A DNA stretch of 64,000 nucleotides from Macrostomum lignano (taxonomy: Eukaryota). The position numbers and the translations under genes were made by a program. The stretch is taken from assembly GCA_002269645.1 (NCBI GenBank), contig NIVC01003101.1, positions 55,424-119,423 on the forward strand, given 5' to 3'. How positions within the stretch are numbered: position 1 is the stretch's first letter; each line of letters begins with the position of its first letter. Shown here piece by piece: positions 46,843-59,029 of this stretch. Under the pieces are notes generated by a model. That model saw only the letters and a program-made list of their open reading frames with translations. It did no database searches and was not told where the DNA came from.

Positions 46843-47178
46843 GGTCCTCCTGCAATGATGACATTTAAACCCAATCACTACCTATGCCTTGCGGACTAGC
46901 AACTGTGACCCTGACCTGACCCATCCTATGACATGTTTATTTTACAATACGATTGAGAACGCTTCTTGCCTAGCATACTTTGTAATTTTAATACATTTAA
47001 TGTTTTTTACGTGCTTTCCATGCGTTCCATTTTATGATTTTTTTGTGCTTTGGGTTGTATCATTTTTTTCATTTTAGGTTATTTTAGGCTTTCTACCATA
47101 GACAACAGCGTGGAGGCATTAATACAAGTGCATATTAAAAATCAATTTATGACGACCGCCTTGTGAGCCCACTGCGAA

Positions 47179-50100
47179 TTAACGATACAATACCGGATTC
47201 CCGTAATACGCTGGGGGCACACCCCGACGCTCGCGCAGTCTGCGCGGAGACACGGCTGGCGCCGCTGGAGCCACCGGTGCGCATGGCGCAACTGGCGTTC
47301 CCGGCCCTACTATCCCATGCCGAGGCCCAACGGCAACTGGTGGCACCACATACGAGTAAAACTCCTCCTCCTCCTCAAGTTCCGGCTCTTTAGTCGCCGG
47401 CCCCGCGGGCTCCTGTCTGCACCCTGCCGGCTCAGGCGGATGCGCCGACCGGCGCTGCACTGCCGTATGCCTATTCATCAACCTGAACTGCTCAGGCCGC
47501 TCGGGTACTTTTCGCAAATTATTATAATGCACTATTTTGCTCTTTCCCCTATTGGCGTGCTTTACCCGGTAATTCAAATCGGATATCTTCTCTAACACCT
47601 TCGCCGGCCCCTTCCAATTGCAATGGAACTTGGCTGCCTCCCCTGCCTGCAGCGCAGGCGAGTATTCTAGGACGGCATCCCCACTTCTATGGCCGGGCCT
47701 CGCACCCTTGAGTCGTACAGCACTTTCTGTTTCCTCTGGTACTGCTGCAGGTTGGTCCGCACCTGCGAATGAGCCTCAGCCAGACTATTACCTAATGACT
47801 GAACATACGCCGGAGCACTGGCAGGAATGGACTCAGGCAAGGTTCCGATGTCCACTGGAAGCCGCATCTCCCTGGCGTACAGCATGTAGTACGGGGTGTA
47901 CCCCGTGCCTCTGTGAACGCTGCTACGGTACGCCATGAGAGACGGGTGGATCAGATCCTCCCAGTCTCCTTCGCCCACCGACTCACTCATCCTGCACTTG
48001 ATCATTGACTTCAACGTCTTATTGAAACTCTCAGCCTGACCATCAGCCATCGGGTGATAGGAGGACGTTCTGCATTTCTTAACGGCAAGCAACCGACACA
48101 ACTGCTTCATCAAAGCCGACTCAAAATTGGTGCCCTTATCGGTGACTAGAAATTCAGGACAACCAAAGTGCGCAATCCAGTGATCAAAAATCGCTCGCGC
48201 CACCGTCGGGGCTCGCTGATTCGACAAGGGCACCGCCACCGGCCACTTAGTAAAAGAATCCTGGATTGTCAGCACGAATCGATTGCCACCTCTGGACTTG
48301 GGCAACGGCCCGACAATGTCACTCATGATCCTCTGGAAAGCTCCTTCCGAGCAGATTGGCTGCAAAGGCGCCCGGTTGCTGCGCCCAGGCTTCGCCTTCG
48401 CACAGTGGACACAGCTCCGGCAATACTCTTCCACGGAACGACTCAGCCCCGGCCACCAGTATCTCGCCTTCACTTTCTCTTGTGTCTTCCTAACCCCAAG
48501 GTGCCCTCCTGCAACCCCATCATGAAGCTCACTGAGCACTTTCGGCAGCAAAGCCGGCGGCAGCAAGATCTTTTTCTGGCACCCACTCCCGGGACTCTGA
48601 AAATACAACAGATCAGACTCTACTCTTATCAGCTGCCGTTGTGCCCACAGCACACGCTCCTCCCACGACATCACTCTAGGCGCACTGGGGTTCGAACCCG
48701 GGTCCAGGGCATAGGAGCGGACAGCTGCAAGCTTCTTCTCGGCCACTTGCGCCTGCTGGACTTCCTTCGAAGACAGCCCACTGCCAAACACCGCGTTCAC
48801 TACTGGCACATTCTCGCTAAACTGGCAGCTAGGGCAGCTCTCATGGCCAGCGTGTTTTCGGTACTTGCGAGACAGCGAATCAGCGTTGCCGTGCTCCTTG
48901 CCTGGCCTGTGAATGATCTCAAAGTCGAAGTTCTGGAGCGACTCAAGCCACCTTGCGCACTGACCCTCTACGTCCTTCAGACTGGCTAGCCACTGCAAAG
49001 CTTTGTGGTCTGAACGAACAGTGAACTTTCTACCTAACAAATAGTACCTATACTTTTTGACGAAGTGCACGACGGCAAGCAACTCTAACCTGGTGGTGCA
49101 ATAATTTTTCTCCGCCGCATGAATCATCCTAGACCCGTAAGCGATCACCTTCTCACGGCCATCTGCTTGACGCTGTGACAGGACGGCTCCCAGCCCGACG
49201 CGCGAACTGGCGTCCGTGTCGAGGATGAACTCCCCGGCACCAGGCGAAAAATCCGGGAATGCCATCACATTCGGTGAACACAAAGCGTCTTTCAGCCTGC
49301 AAAACGAGCTCTCCTCTTCACTACCCCACTCAAACTTCACTCCGTCTGCGGTTAACCTATACAGCGGCGCTGCAATCTCTGAAAACTGCGGGATAAATGA
49401 CTGATAGTAGGCGCACGTACCCAGGAATGCCTGCACCTTCTTGGCGCTACATGGCCTCGGCCAATTCTGGATCTCCTCGCACTTGCTCGGATCCGTTGCG
49501 ATCCCCTCCTGAGAGACGATGTGGCCCAGAAACTTCACCCGCTCTGCGAGGAACACACACTTGGCGGGCTTCAGCTTGACATTGGCATCCCTCAGGCACT
49601 GGAAAACATGCTTCAATCGCTCGAGATGCTGACCCACCGACTTGGCGAACACGACTATATCGTCAAAGTACACCAGGCACTCCTTCCAGTTAACCTCAGA
49701 CAGGGCCATAGACATTAGCCTGGCGAACGTAGCGGGAGCATTGCGCAAGCCAAAACTCATGCACTTCCAGGCGAACTGACCCCTGTTGGGTACCACGAAC
49801 GCCGTTTTCAACTGGTCCTTCGGCTCAATCGGGCACTGATGATAGCCGGAGGCCAGATCCATCGTCGAGAAAACACAGTTCCCTCCTAGCGCATCAAGCG
49901 TCTCGTCCATCCGCGGCGGTGGGTAAGGATCTGGCACTGTGACCTCGTTAAGGCGCCGATAGTCTAGACACAACCTCAAGCTACCGTCGGCCTTTTTAAC
50001 CGGCACGATCGGGCTCGCCCACGGAGAGTAGCAGGGATAGATGCGATCCTGCTGCAACAACTCATCAACCTGCTTATCAATTTCCTCCTTCCAGCGCGGT

Positions 50101-51116
50101 GGAATCCTACGCGCGGGCTGACTTACTGGCTTGGCGTTGCCGGTGTCAATCTCATGCGCCATCAAGTGTGACTGTCCCAACTCCGAGCTATCCCTGGCAA
50201 AGACATCACGATTCCGAGCCATCAGGCGCTCAAACTCGTGCTTCTCATCGCCCGTCAGGCCACATCCTCCCCACTCCTTGACATCGCTGAGGGGGTTCCA
50301 GTCGTCTCGGACACTCTCCACCGAGTTCACCTGCCACCCAGCTGGCTGCTGGGCCGCCACTGGGGAGAACCAACCAATTCGGCTTCCCTTCCTTAATGAC
50401 AGACTGCATCCTGACGTGTTCAACACCCTGACAGCCAAGCGACCGTCCCCGTCAGGCATCTGTACCGATCTGGCCACCATCTGCTCGTTACTCACTCTCC
50501 TCTCAGACTCCACAATGCCTAGGAACTGAACCCCAGAGGGAACCCTTCTCTGCAACCTGACGTGCACCACCTTCTCTTGACCTGCATTGAACTGCTCAGG
50601 CTGACTCAGCACCAGACGGCAAAGACGCGGCTTATCTGCTGATAAGCGAAACGGATACACACAGGATGCAGTCTGCAAGCAATTCCTAGCAAAGTCAATC
50701 GCCATCCCGTGTCTCACGAAAAAGTCAGTGCCCAGAATACATGCCACAGCCAGTTCCTCGACCACAGCGAACTCGTGCAAAAACTCGGTGTCCCCAACAG
50801 AAAACTTCATCGTCACCATTCCATGTACAGCAATCGGTTCCCCATTGGCAGCGAAAACGGAAAAATTCGGCAAATTCGGCAATAAGTCAATGTCGGCTTT
50901 TTTAGACTTCAGGAAACGGTTGCTTAACAACGACACGGTGGCCCCGCTGTCAAGCAGACATGCAATCGGGGGCCCAAACCTAAACTGTGCATCCACATAG
51001 CCCAGTCCCTGCCGACTCAGCACACTCTGGGACAAGGCCGCGGCCCCCGATGCACCCGGATTCACTGACGCTGGGGCCCGGACGGGTGCCCCGGCCGAGC
51101 CCCCAATCCGTTTCCC
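47179..51116 (-). CDS. pol: Pol polyprotein (protease, RT, RNase H, integrase with GPY/F tail); one frameshift near 47680
   Basis: LLDSGAT protease, SPWASPIVPVKKADGSLRLCLDYRRLN and YFDD RT, FILDTDAS RNase H, HHCC plus IMSDIVGPLP / VTDKGTNF / GQAESFNKTL integrase. The tail WKGPAKVLEKISDLNYRV continues in ORF 47179-47598 after a 1-nt loss in a G run. Confidence 0.95.
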
Positions 51117-52042
51117 GAACCCGACTGGTCCCACCGACGATAGCAGCGGTTGCGCATGTGCCCTGACTGGCCACACTCCCGGCAGACCACTGCATTACGG
51201 CACCGAGCCGTAGTATGCCCTGTCTGCAGGCACCGACCACACTGCCTCTGCTGCTGACTCTGCTCAGGGGCTCGATGCTGCAAGCTCACTTTTGGCTGCT
51301 CAGACCTTGCTGTCGCCATCGGCGCAGTGGGCGCTGCAGCACTTGCTTTTAGCTGAGCCACTTCCGCTTTCAGAGCTGCTATCTCGGCGGCTGCCCTGGA
51401 CTCCTGGCTGTTGCCAGCCGCTGCGGCCTGACCCCCCACCATGTGCACAGCTCGCTTGCCCTCGGGCTCCATCAGAGCCAACGATGCCCTCACTTGACGC
51501 ACCCGCCTAATAGCGTCCTGGAGCGTCTCTGGCGCTTGCAGCAGCACGCTCTCCAGCACCCGGGCTGGCACCCGAATCCCCTTCAAAAACCTGTCTTTCA
51601 CCAACTCTTCTCGCTGGGCCGCTGGCAGCATTGGGTACGATTTTCTCATAAGCTCCTTGAGCACGTCTGCATATTCTTCAATGGGCTCGCCATCTTTCTG
51701 ATTCCTACTCTGGAACTCGGTCTTGTAATCTTGAGCAGTCCTATTCTCATCAAACCTAGCCTCTAGCTGCTCAACAAACTCATCATACGGCAAATCATCG
51801 GCCAACTCAAGATTCGCAACAGCCTTAAAAGCAGTATTAAAGTCAAGCAGACTGAGCAGCGCCTGCTTGCGCTGATCCCCTAGAATATGAGCCGCCTCAC
51901 AATACCCTGTGAATTGTTGCATCCAAAGGGCAAAGTCCTGTGTGGGCACGTACTTATTTGGCCTCGGCACCCGCTGTGCCACATTAAGTTCGTTTTGCAG
52001 ACGCGCCGTCAGGGCGTCAATCAGATCGTCTAAATTGGCCAT
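51062..52042 (-). CDS. gag: Gag with two CCHC zinc knuckles
   Basis: ATG at 52042 (MANLDDLIDAL). Retrotransposon gag core RNQKDGEPIEEYADVLKEL. Knuckles CGRCLQTGHTTARC and CRECGQSGHMRNRC. Confidence 0.95.
   Translation of the reverse strand: MANLDDLIDALTARLQNELNVAQRVPRPNKYVPTQDFALWMQQFTGYCEAAHILGDQRKQALLSLLDFNTAFKAVANLELADDLPYDEFVEQLEARFDENRTAQDYKTEFQSRNQKDGEPIEEYADVLKELMRKSYPMLPAAQREELVKDRFLKGIRVPARVLESVLLQAPETLQDAIRRVRQVRASLALMEPEGKRAVHMVGGQAAAAGNSQESRAAAEIAALKAEVAQLKASAAAPTAPMATARSEQPKVSLQHRAPEQSQQQRQCGRCLQTGHTTARCRNAVVCRECGQSGHMRNRCYRRWDQSGSGNGLGARPGHPSGPQRQ
51073..51116 (-). promoter_or_regulatory. -1 programmed ribosomal frameshift signal between gag and pol
   Basis: Slippery heptamer G_GGA_AAC (51116-51110) in gag phase, 6-nt spacer, then stem GGGGCUCGG/CCGGGCCCC (51103-51095 with 51081-51073). 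pol is in the -1 frame. Confidence 0.85.
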
Positions 52043-52146
52043 GGCTACAAAAACACAGAGACAACCGAAGCAAACAACACACAAATAAACTAGGCAACAC
52101 ACACAACCCTAAACACACGGCAGGACAGCAGGGGAGAGGACCGCTG

Positions 52147-52164
52147 ATCCTGGTCACGGCACCA
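52147..52164 (-). other. Primer binding site complementary to the tRNA-His 3' end
   Basis: tggtgccgtgaccaggat lies 2 nt inside the 5' LTR and closely matches the known His PBS TGGTGCCGTGACTCGGAT. Confidence 0.88.
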
Positions 52165-52166
52165 CT

Positions 52167-52868
52167 TGTTGTGTCTCGGCCTAATGGCCGCTGGACGGGT
52201 CAAGGTTCGGGCCCTCCCCGCCTGAGACACCCCTGTCCCAGCCCTCACCCCGGCTATTCCTACCCTGTCTCGCTCGGTTCGGCGAGAGTTCGCCTGACCG
52301 AACACCCTGGGATCGGCGAGAGTTCACCGTTCCCAGGTCCCTGCAGATCCCGGCCCCACGCGGCAACCCAGAAGAACGAAAGCTCGAGCTCACCTCCTCT
52401 TGATATATCGAGTTACTAACGAAGCGTTTATTGGCCCGAAGCAGTTATTGGCACGCGAAGGCAGAGGTACGCCGATGAACGCAAAAACAGTAAGAACGAA
52501 GCGGACACCAATAGAGAGCAAACGTGGAGCGCAGCCCGCTCAGGGCTAGCATTTAAATAATACACAAAAAAGGGGGAGGGGTGGGGCAGAATGGAGACGG
52601 CGAGCCAAACCCTGGGGCCCAGCCGGCTTATCAGCCAGCCAGCCAATACGAGCAGCCCCAGGGTGAGGCGGGCAACGAGGGAGGGGGGGGGGCACCCAGA
52701 TTGGACAGAGATTGGGCCGGGGGCTGGGTGCAAAGGGCTAGGCCAGGGTTGAGACTTACGCCTCTCACAAACCCTGGCCCGGGCGCGAGACGGGGGACGG
52801 GGCGGGGTGGCATGAAAACTGAAAACAAAAGTACGAGTACATACACACTGGAAGGGCGCAGCCCAACA
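52167..52868 (-). repeat. 5' LTR
   Basis: 702 bp, TG...CA, near-identical to 44225-44925. Confidence 0.97.
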
Positions 52869-53651
52869 CTATAAAATCCATTGAGAGCTAAAACAAGCCA
52901 TGAGCAGAGAGACCATCTACTTGCGCTAATTTTGCATCTCTAGCAACAATTAGAGACCTGAATTGAAAGAAAATGAAGAATGAAACCCGATGCAACACTG
53001 AAAGGCACAGAAGAATCGTACAGAATTAAGAAAGAGAACAGAGGAGATACAGTGAGCCGCGCTCATAAATTTATGGCTTGTAATTAATTTTAGAATGATG
53101 AATACACAAATAGAGCTGCTTCGCTTCTCACGACGATATAATCTATTTCTGTAGCACTCAGTGGCAGAGAAACTCTTCAAAATGATCATTGAAATGAGAG
53201 CTGCTCCAGTTTCTTTTAACAGCCACTTCTGCTTAGGTTTAACAAGAGACGAGTAACCGGCGAGAATAGTTTACTGAGTACGGGGGGCGGGTAGCTGAGA
53301 CCCATTGCAGCATATCCTGAAGTGGCGTGGGTGGCGCCATTCAAACAAGTGCATTGTCCATTGCGCACTGCAGGAAGACTTGAATATGGGATAGAGATTC
53401 TGGCCCCATACTCAGTACAAACTAAAGCTTTTTTTCACTTTGTGTTGCTAGGCAGCTGGGCATCTGAGTACGCATGCAACTGCCGATGCGGATGGTTTTA
53501 TAAAACTGTCCAATGAGATGAGCTCTCTAAGTACTAATAGTTGTTTTTATTAAAGCTGTTCGCGCGAACTTGAGAACCGAAATAATTTCGGATTTCATTT
53601 TCAAGCCAAAAGCAACTTAATTATCAATACTCAACTGCAGAGCACTGAGCA

Positions 53652-55863
53652 ATGGGCTGCGCCCCGAGCAAAAGAGCGGTAGCGCCTACTCCGGCGGCCA
53701 AACAGTCCGCCAGGACGACTGCGGATTTCTCGGCGTTCAAGAAAATCGACGAGCACGTTAGAAAAGTGAGTAAAGAGAAGAGAATCTATTATGAAATTAG
53801 GCGCAGTTTCAGCTACAAAACTGTAATAGTCCAGCAATGCGAAATGCGATTTTGCTAATTGGCTCATAATTCAGGCCCGTTATCAATATGATTTGATTGG
53901 AATGTTTCATTGTTGGCAGAAGGTGCTTTGGGTCGAAAGCAATGGTCTCGTGAAACTAGGCTATTAAAAATAAATTTATTCGCCTATTTTTCCAATATTT
54001 AATCTCTTTCAAGCGTCGAACAGGCTTCAAAAGCATTCCATATATTTCCCCTCAGACTCCGCCGGCCGCTAAGCAGTCGCTTGAGTCCCTGGCCACCTAC
54101 CTCGGCTCGGCAGCGAGCACTGATTTAGAAAAAATTCGAGCTGTTTACAAATGGGTCACAGCTAACATCAGGTAGGTGATAAGCTGCTCTCTTCCTGTTG
54201 AGCACTTTCAGACGTGAGAACACCATTATTTTTCGCATCCCCATGCTGCAGTTACGATATTGACGGATACTTCGGGAAAAAAGAAAAGTCTCCCAACGAT
54301 CCGCAATCAGTCCTCAAGAATGGGACTTCGGTGTGCGAAGGATACGCTTCAATCAGCCTCAGTCTACTTCAGTAAGTAGTATAAAGCAAATTTCTTTAGT
54401 TAATTTCTTTAGTCAATACATAATGCATTGTGAACTTCTTTGAAATATTTAATACGTTTCCTGACTTCGACAGGCAAAATATATTTTGAAATAGCGAAAA
54501 ACTTTACTTAAACATTTTCAGACTCTTGGGCATCGAGTGCGTCAAGATCAGCGGCTACTCGAAAGGATTTGGCTACAATCCGACTAAACCGCTTACGACT
54601 GACAAGGACACCGATCACGCATGGAACGCTGTGAAATTGAATGGCGAATGGCGATTCATTGAGACAACCTGGGGCGCTGGTCACGTCAATTCCGATCACA
54701 AGTTTGAAAGAAACGAGACTGACTTTTACTTTCTCACAGATCCCGAGGTGTTCATCGAGGCGCACTTTCCCTATATGAACTCCGACATGGCCGAGAGCAA
54801 GAAGTGGCAACTGCTGAAGAACCCGATCGATCTGGACACTTTTAACAACCGAGTAAAGCGAGAAAAAGCTTGCATTGAGCACCAGGTCGAGCTCATGTCT
54901 CACAACAAAGCTCTCGTTGATGTAGACGGCGAGGTGACGCTGAAGTTCAGAGGAAACGGAAAACCACTGACGTCATTCAGTGCAAAGTTTGTAAACCCGA
55001 GCACAGGCGAGAGACTGAGCAGTGACAAGTACGTTGCTACAGTGCTCGATCACCACAAAAACGAGGTCACGGTGACTGCACGACCTCCATCGAGTGGCGT
55101 CTACTGGAAACTGGACGTGTTTGGAAAAACGAATGAAGCTGCAAAGACATCCGACTGCATCGTCTCGTACCACCTTCAGTCCAAGTCTGACCGCCATCTA
55201 CCCGAATTTCCTGACGACAGTCTGGGATACTACGGACTACACGAGAGTCCAGAGAAGTTTGGCTTTTCAAAACATAATTTCTGTTCTAAGGAAGGTTTTT
55301 GGCTGCAAGTTGACGGCGGTGCTCAGAGTGAGTTCCAACTGAAAATTCCCGCTTCTACTTTGCTTTCAGCGTCGGCAGAATTTCTTAGTGCTGATAAAAG
55401 CGCGAGAGAAGAAAGCTTCAGCTTCGTTGAGTACAATGAAGGCTTTCTTAAAGTCAGTCTTAGAATGGGTCACGCTGGTTTTTACCAGCTACAGCTGTTT
55501 TGTAAGGAAAGTGGATCAAAGAGCAACTCACTTCCGATGCTGGCAAATCTCCTGGTTGAGTGCGTGAAGCCCATGAAGCAACCGAAACCGTTTCCGACTT
55601 CCTACACCAGTGTTATTGAAGAGCAGGTCACGCTGGTCTGTCCTCGTGATGGCAACCTGCCTGCCAACTCCGAGATTCGATTCAAGCTGTCATCGCCAAG
55701 GCTGAAGAAGCTGATGGTGAATAAGAAAGTTTACGACGCGACTAAGGACGGCTTTGACATCGTTGAGAAAACTGGCTCTGTCGGTAGCGACTTGTCGGTG
55801 TTCGGCACTGCTGACGCAAATGCTGCGTCCTTCACGGGACTCTATAGGTTCAAAATCATATGA
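53652..55863 (+). CDS. KY/hillarin-like transglutaminase-fold protein, copy 4, intact (563 aa): join(53652..53765,54056..54171,54252..54371,54522..55863)
   Basis: MGCAPS start, SVCEGYA, DHAWNAVKLNG and FIETTWG (Glu at the Asp position). GT-AG introns and a total of 1692 nt in frame. Confidence 0.9.
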
Positions 55864-57379
55864 CTGATTCTAATAACTACACTTTGATTGACAGAAATAT
55901 CGATTGAAAATGGACCCAATTGATTTTATTCAGAAAACACTGATTTTACTGTACAATTTTTTGTACTGCAGTGCAGTATTTTTAATAAAAAGCATGCTTC
56001 CTTCGGAACTTTTTAACTCTGTTGATCTCCTTTAACTTCTGACTTTAAAAACTACCTTTCATGGTAACACGCTCACATTGTATTGAACTTTGCTTTTTGT
56101 ACTTTATTTTATGAAAGCTTTCCCGATAATCAGGTGACTATATTTGATCAGGTTTACTCAGGTCGACTCGCGTTAACTAATTCTATCAAAGAAGGCTCTT
56201 TAACTTTAGAGGCCCGCTAATCTTGCAAAATAAATATGATAATGAAATTTTTTTTGGTATTATGAAAAGTATAAACTGATCATTGTTTGACCAGTCTGCC
56301 TTCGTGGCCATTTTTCATTAGGATTCAAAAGAATTACTTAATCGACGAATTTACAATAGCAGTGTTGAGTTGATGGGCTTCGATAACGGTACAGAAAAAC
56401 GAGAAACATTCATGAACAAAAATCTAGCTGTAAAACAATTGGCTCAAAGAGCACTTTTGACGTAGTTTCCATATTATAAACTTGTTATCGAAAGTCTTAA
56501 CTTTTTAGACTACTCGCATAAAACAGTTCTGATCTTTCAGTCCCCATACGACACTCCCCTCGCCACTGATGACTCTCGTACAGTCCGCCATCACCTCGTA
56601 CGCCTTTTCCAAGAAACGGTCAGCACAATAAGTAGCGATTTTAGAAAATTTCAAAATTATAAAACTGATCTTGCTGAAGCCTTATTTAAGAAGGCTTTGA
56701 TATAGTCGCTCAGTTGCACTGGATCTAAGGTTGGCTAGCTTTTCTAAGGCTGAACCGCTGAAACCCATAAAATGAAGGCAATTTTTGTGTGATTTCACTT
56801 GGTGCATCGGTTTGGACAATTTGATACTAATCGATAGTCGTGTACACTAGCCGCTACTGTACTTTGCTTTTGGTAGTACAGTGACTTAACAAAACAATCA
56901 AGGTATTTATGTTGGAGCCTACCTATATGACTTAACAAAATGGCTGGTACCTTTCTGTCGTTTAAAAAATCAATAACAAGCCATAAAATTAAGATTTACA
57001 AGCCTTTGCGCTGATTGGCTGACGCCAGTGGTAGGATGATGTACTCTTACGTATGAATGTACACGCGTCTGAGCTAATCTACTTTAAGTAAGCAAAGAGA
57101 ACTCCAGCTATACTAAGGGCGCACTATACTAAGTACTCTCTAAAATTTGCTACAACAATGGCTGTAAGGCTGTAAGCCTTGGGCGGAGCAGACGGCCCAC
57201 GTGACGACCGTACCAAACCCCAACACCCCCTTATGGTGTGAGGTTGGGGGGATGGGTGCAGCCCCACCCAATTCCATGCAATAAGAATGCACAGACTGGT
57301 GCACAGAATATTCTGTGTGCTGGTGTGAGTGTAGAGAAGTGAAAAGGAGAGAAGCCAAGTCAAGTGCAACACACTCGGC

Positions 57380-58199
57380 ATGGGCAACGCTCCCAGCGCA
57401 ACACAGAAGGTCGCTCCAGGAGAAGTTCTGGCCGCGCCGTGGGACCTCAACCATGCTGGAGTGCCGACGCCGTTGAAGAACTCCTGTCAAAAGGTCGCCG
57501 AAAAGACCGCCAAATGTGGGTGTCGACCTGTCCAAGCTGAAGCGCATTGATGAACACTCACACAATGTAAGTTTTGCAGATTCCTTGTGAATTTACTAAC
57601 ATTTAAATATCCTATTGATGTTTGAGAATTAAAAGATTAGTTAATTAAAATATGATGGAGTCCGCAATCAAAGCATTAGAGCAGAGTGCTATTCATTCTG
57701 CCGAAGTCCTCGGACCATCTCGGTAATAGATAGAGCTATTTTATATAGATTTCTTGTACGCTGTGTGTAATATATCTCAGGTGCATTTCAATTAGAAGCT
57801 TTAAGCAAAATTTGCAAACGATATTCTCGCTAAAGCTTTGCAGACCCCGCCAGTGGCTACGAAGACGCTTCAAGCCTTGGCCACCTACCTCTGCTCGGCT
57901 GCCAGCTCGGACTTGGAGAAGGCTCGCGCTGCTTACAAGTGGATCACTACTAATATCGAGTGAGTTCACTCTACCAACCTGTTTAAGGTTTCTTTTGTTT
58001 TTATCAATATCGATCATTTTTACGACTAAATGCATTTTGCGTTGCCCCCCGAGTGGGGATCGGGTGCCCTCCGAGTGGGGGTCGGGTGCCCTCGGAGTGG
58101 AAAGAGACCGATGGCCCCCTGCGATGCGGAGTCGGTGCTGAAGAACCGGCTCTGTGTGTGCGCTGGGTACGCAGCCATCATGCTGCGCCTGTGCCAGCA
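57380..58199 (+). pseudogene. KY-like copy 5, frameshifted and truncated
   Basis: MGNAPS start but exon 1 (57380-57566, 187 nt) is out of frame with KLKRIDEH|gtaagt. Exon 57844-57959 is intact. The Cys exon (VCAGYA, ending 58199) has its 5' end disrupted by a short 21-bp repeat. No large last exon was found downstream in the window. Confidence 0.75.
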
Positions 58200-59029
58200 G
58201 TGAGTTCATTCGCTGTCTAACCTTGGTTTCTCAGCTCAAAATAAAACCAGCGAGATAATCGCAGCGCTTCCGCATACGGGAGTGACAGCGATTTGGAAAC
58301 GGACAAGTTTAGAAATAGAAATTATTGCGAAATGTAAATTATTATTCGTTTTAAAACAAGTTTTTTTCGCCAGCATTTGCCTCAGATTCGGTCATTCTTC
58401 CAACAGTAGTGATGGGAATGCTTTCCTTAGGGTTTGAAACAAAATTATTTAATCTTTCGACTATCGGCTTCCATTTTTAACCTGAAAAAGGTATTTAATT
58501 AATTAGGCATGAGGTGCTTCTGGGGAAATTTTTTCTAATTCTTCCACAATGCCATTATCTCTACATTGGTTACGTCCCGTAGAAGTTAATAAAAGGGGAG
58601 TCAACTTAGTTCGAAAATCTTGCTCCTTAATCCCATTAATTCTATCTGTATTTTTGCCAACGAAATCGCAAAATTAACAAGGTAATCAGATCTAAAAATC
58701 CAAACTTACTACTTTTACTTACTACTGCTTAATCTTAGAATTATCCATTTTCAATACGCATTCTTTAAGCGTCATTCAGTTTTTTTCCCAAAACCAGATC
58801 CTCAGTAATCCTCAGCAATAATCAGTTCAGGGTCTTCAGCCTCTTAAAAGTACAATAATTTGGAATAAAAATGTTTCCAGTTGTCTCAACAAGTTCCTAC
58901 TACGTTCAATTGTACAAAACCAAATACCAGTGCAAGAAGAAATGCAACCGGTACATGCAACCCCCGAGTAGAAATCACGTCAAGAAACATATGAAGCCAT
59001 ATGTAGCCCTGAGACCTAGGGCAAGAGAG

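Larger units (their letters stand above)
44225..52868 (-). mobile_element. Full-length Ty3/Gypsy LTR retrotransposon with an additional ORF
   Basis: Two ~701-bp TG...CA LTRs, 4-bp TSD CTAT (44221-44224 and 52869-52872), PBS, PPT, gag and pol in PR-RT-RH-IN order, plus a third ORF. Confidence 0.98.

Noticed and set aside
45166-46878. ORF3 as an envelope protein
   Set aside because: No signal peptide, furin site or C-terminal transmembrane helix; the motifs fit J and TatD folds.
45166-46878. ORF3 as a host gene that merely neighbours the element
   Set aside because: It lies between pol and the PPT inside two matching LTRs with a perfect TSD, and it is intronless and co-oriented with gag-pol.
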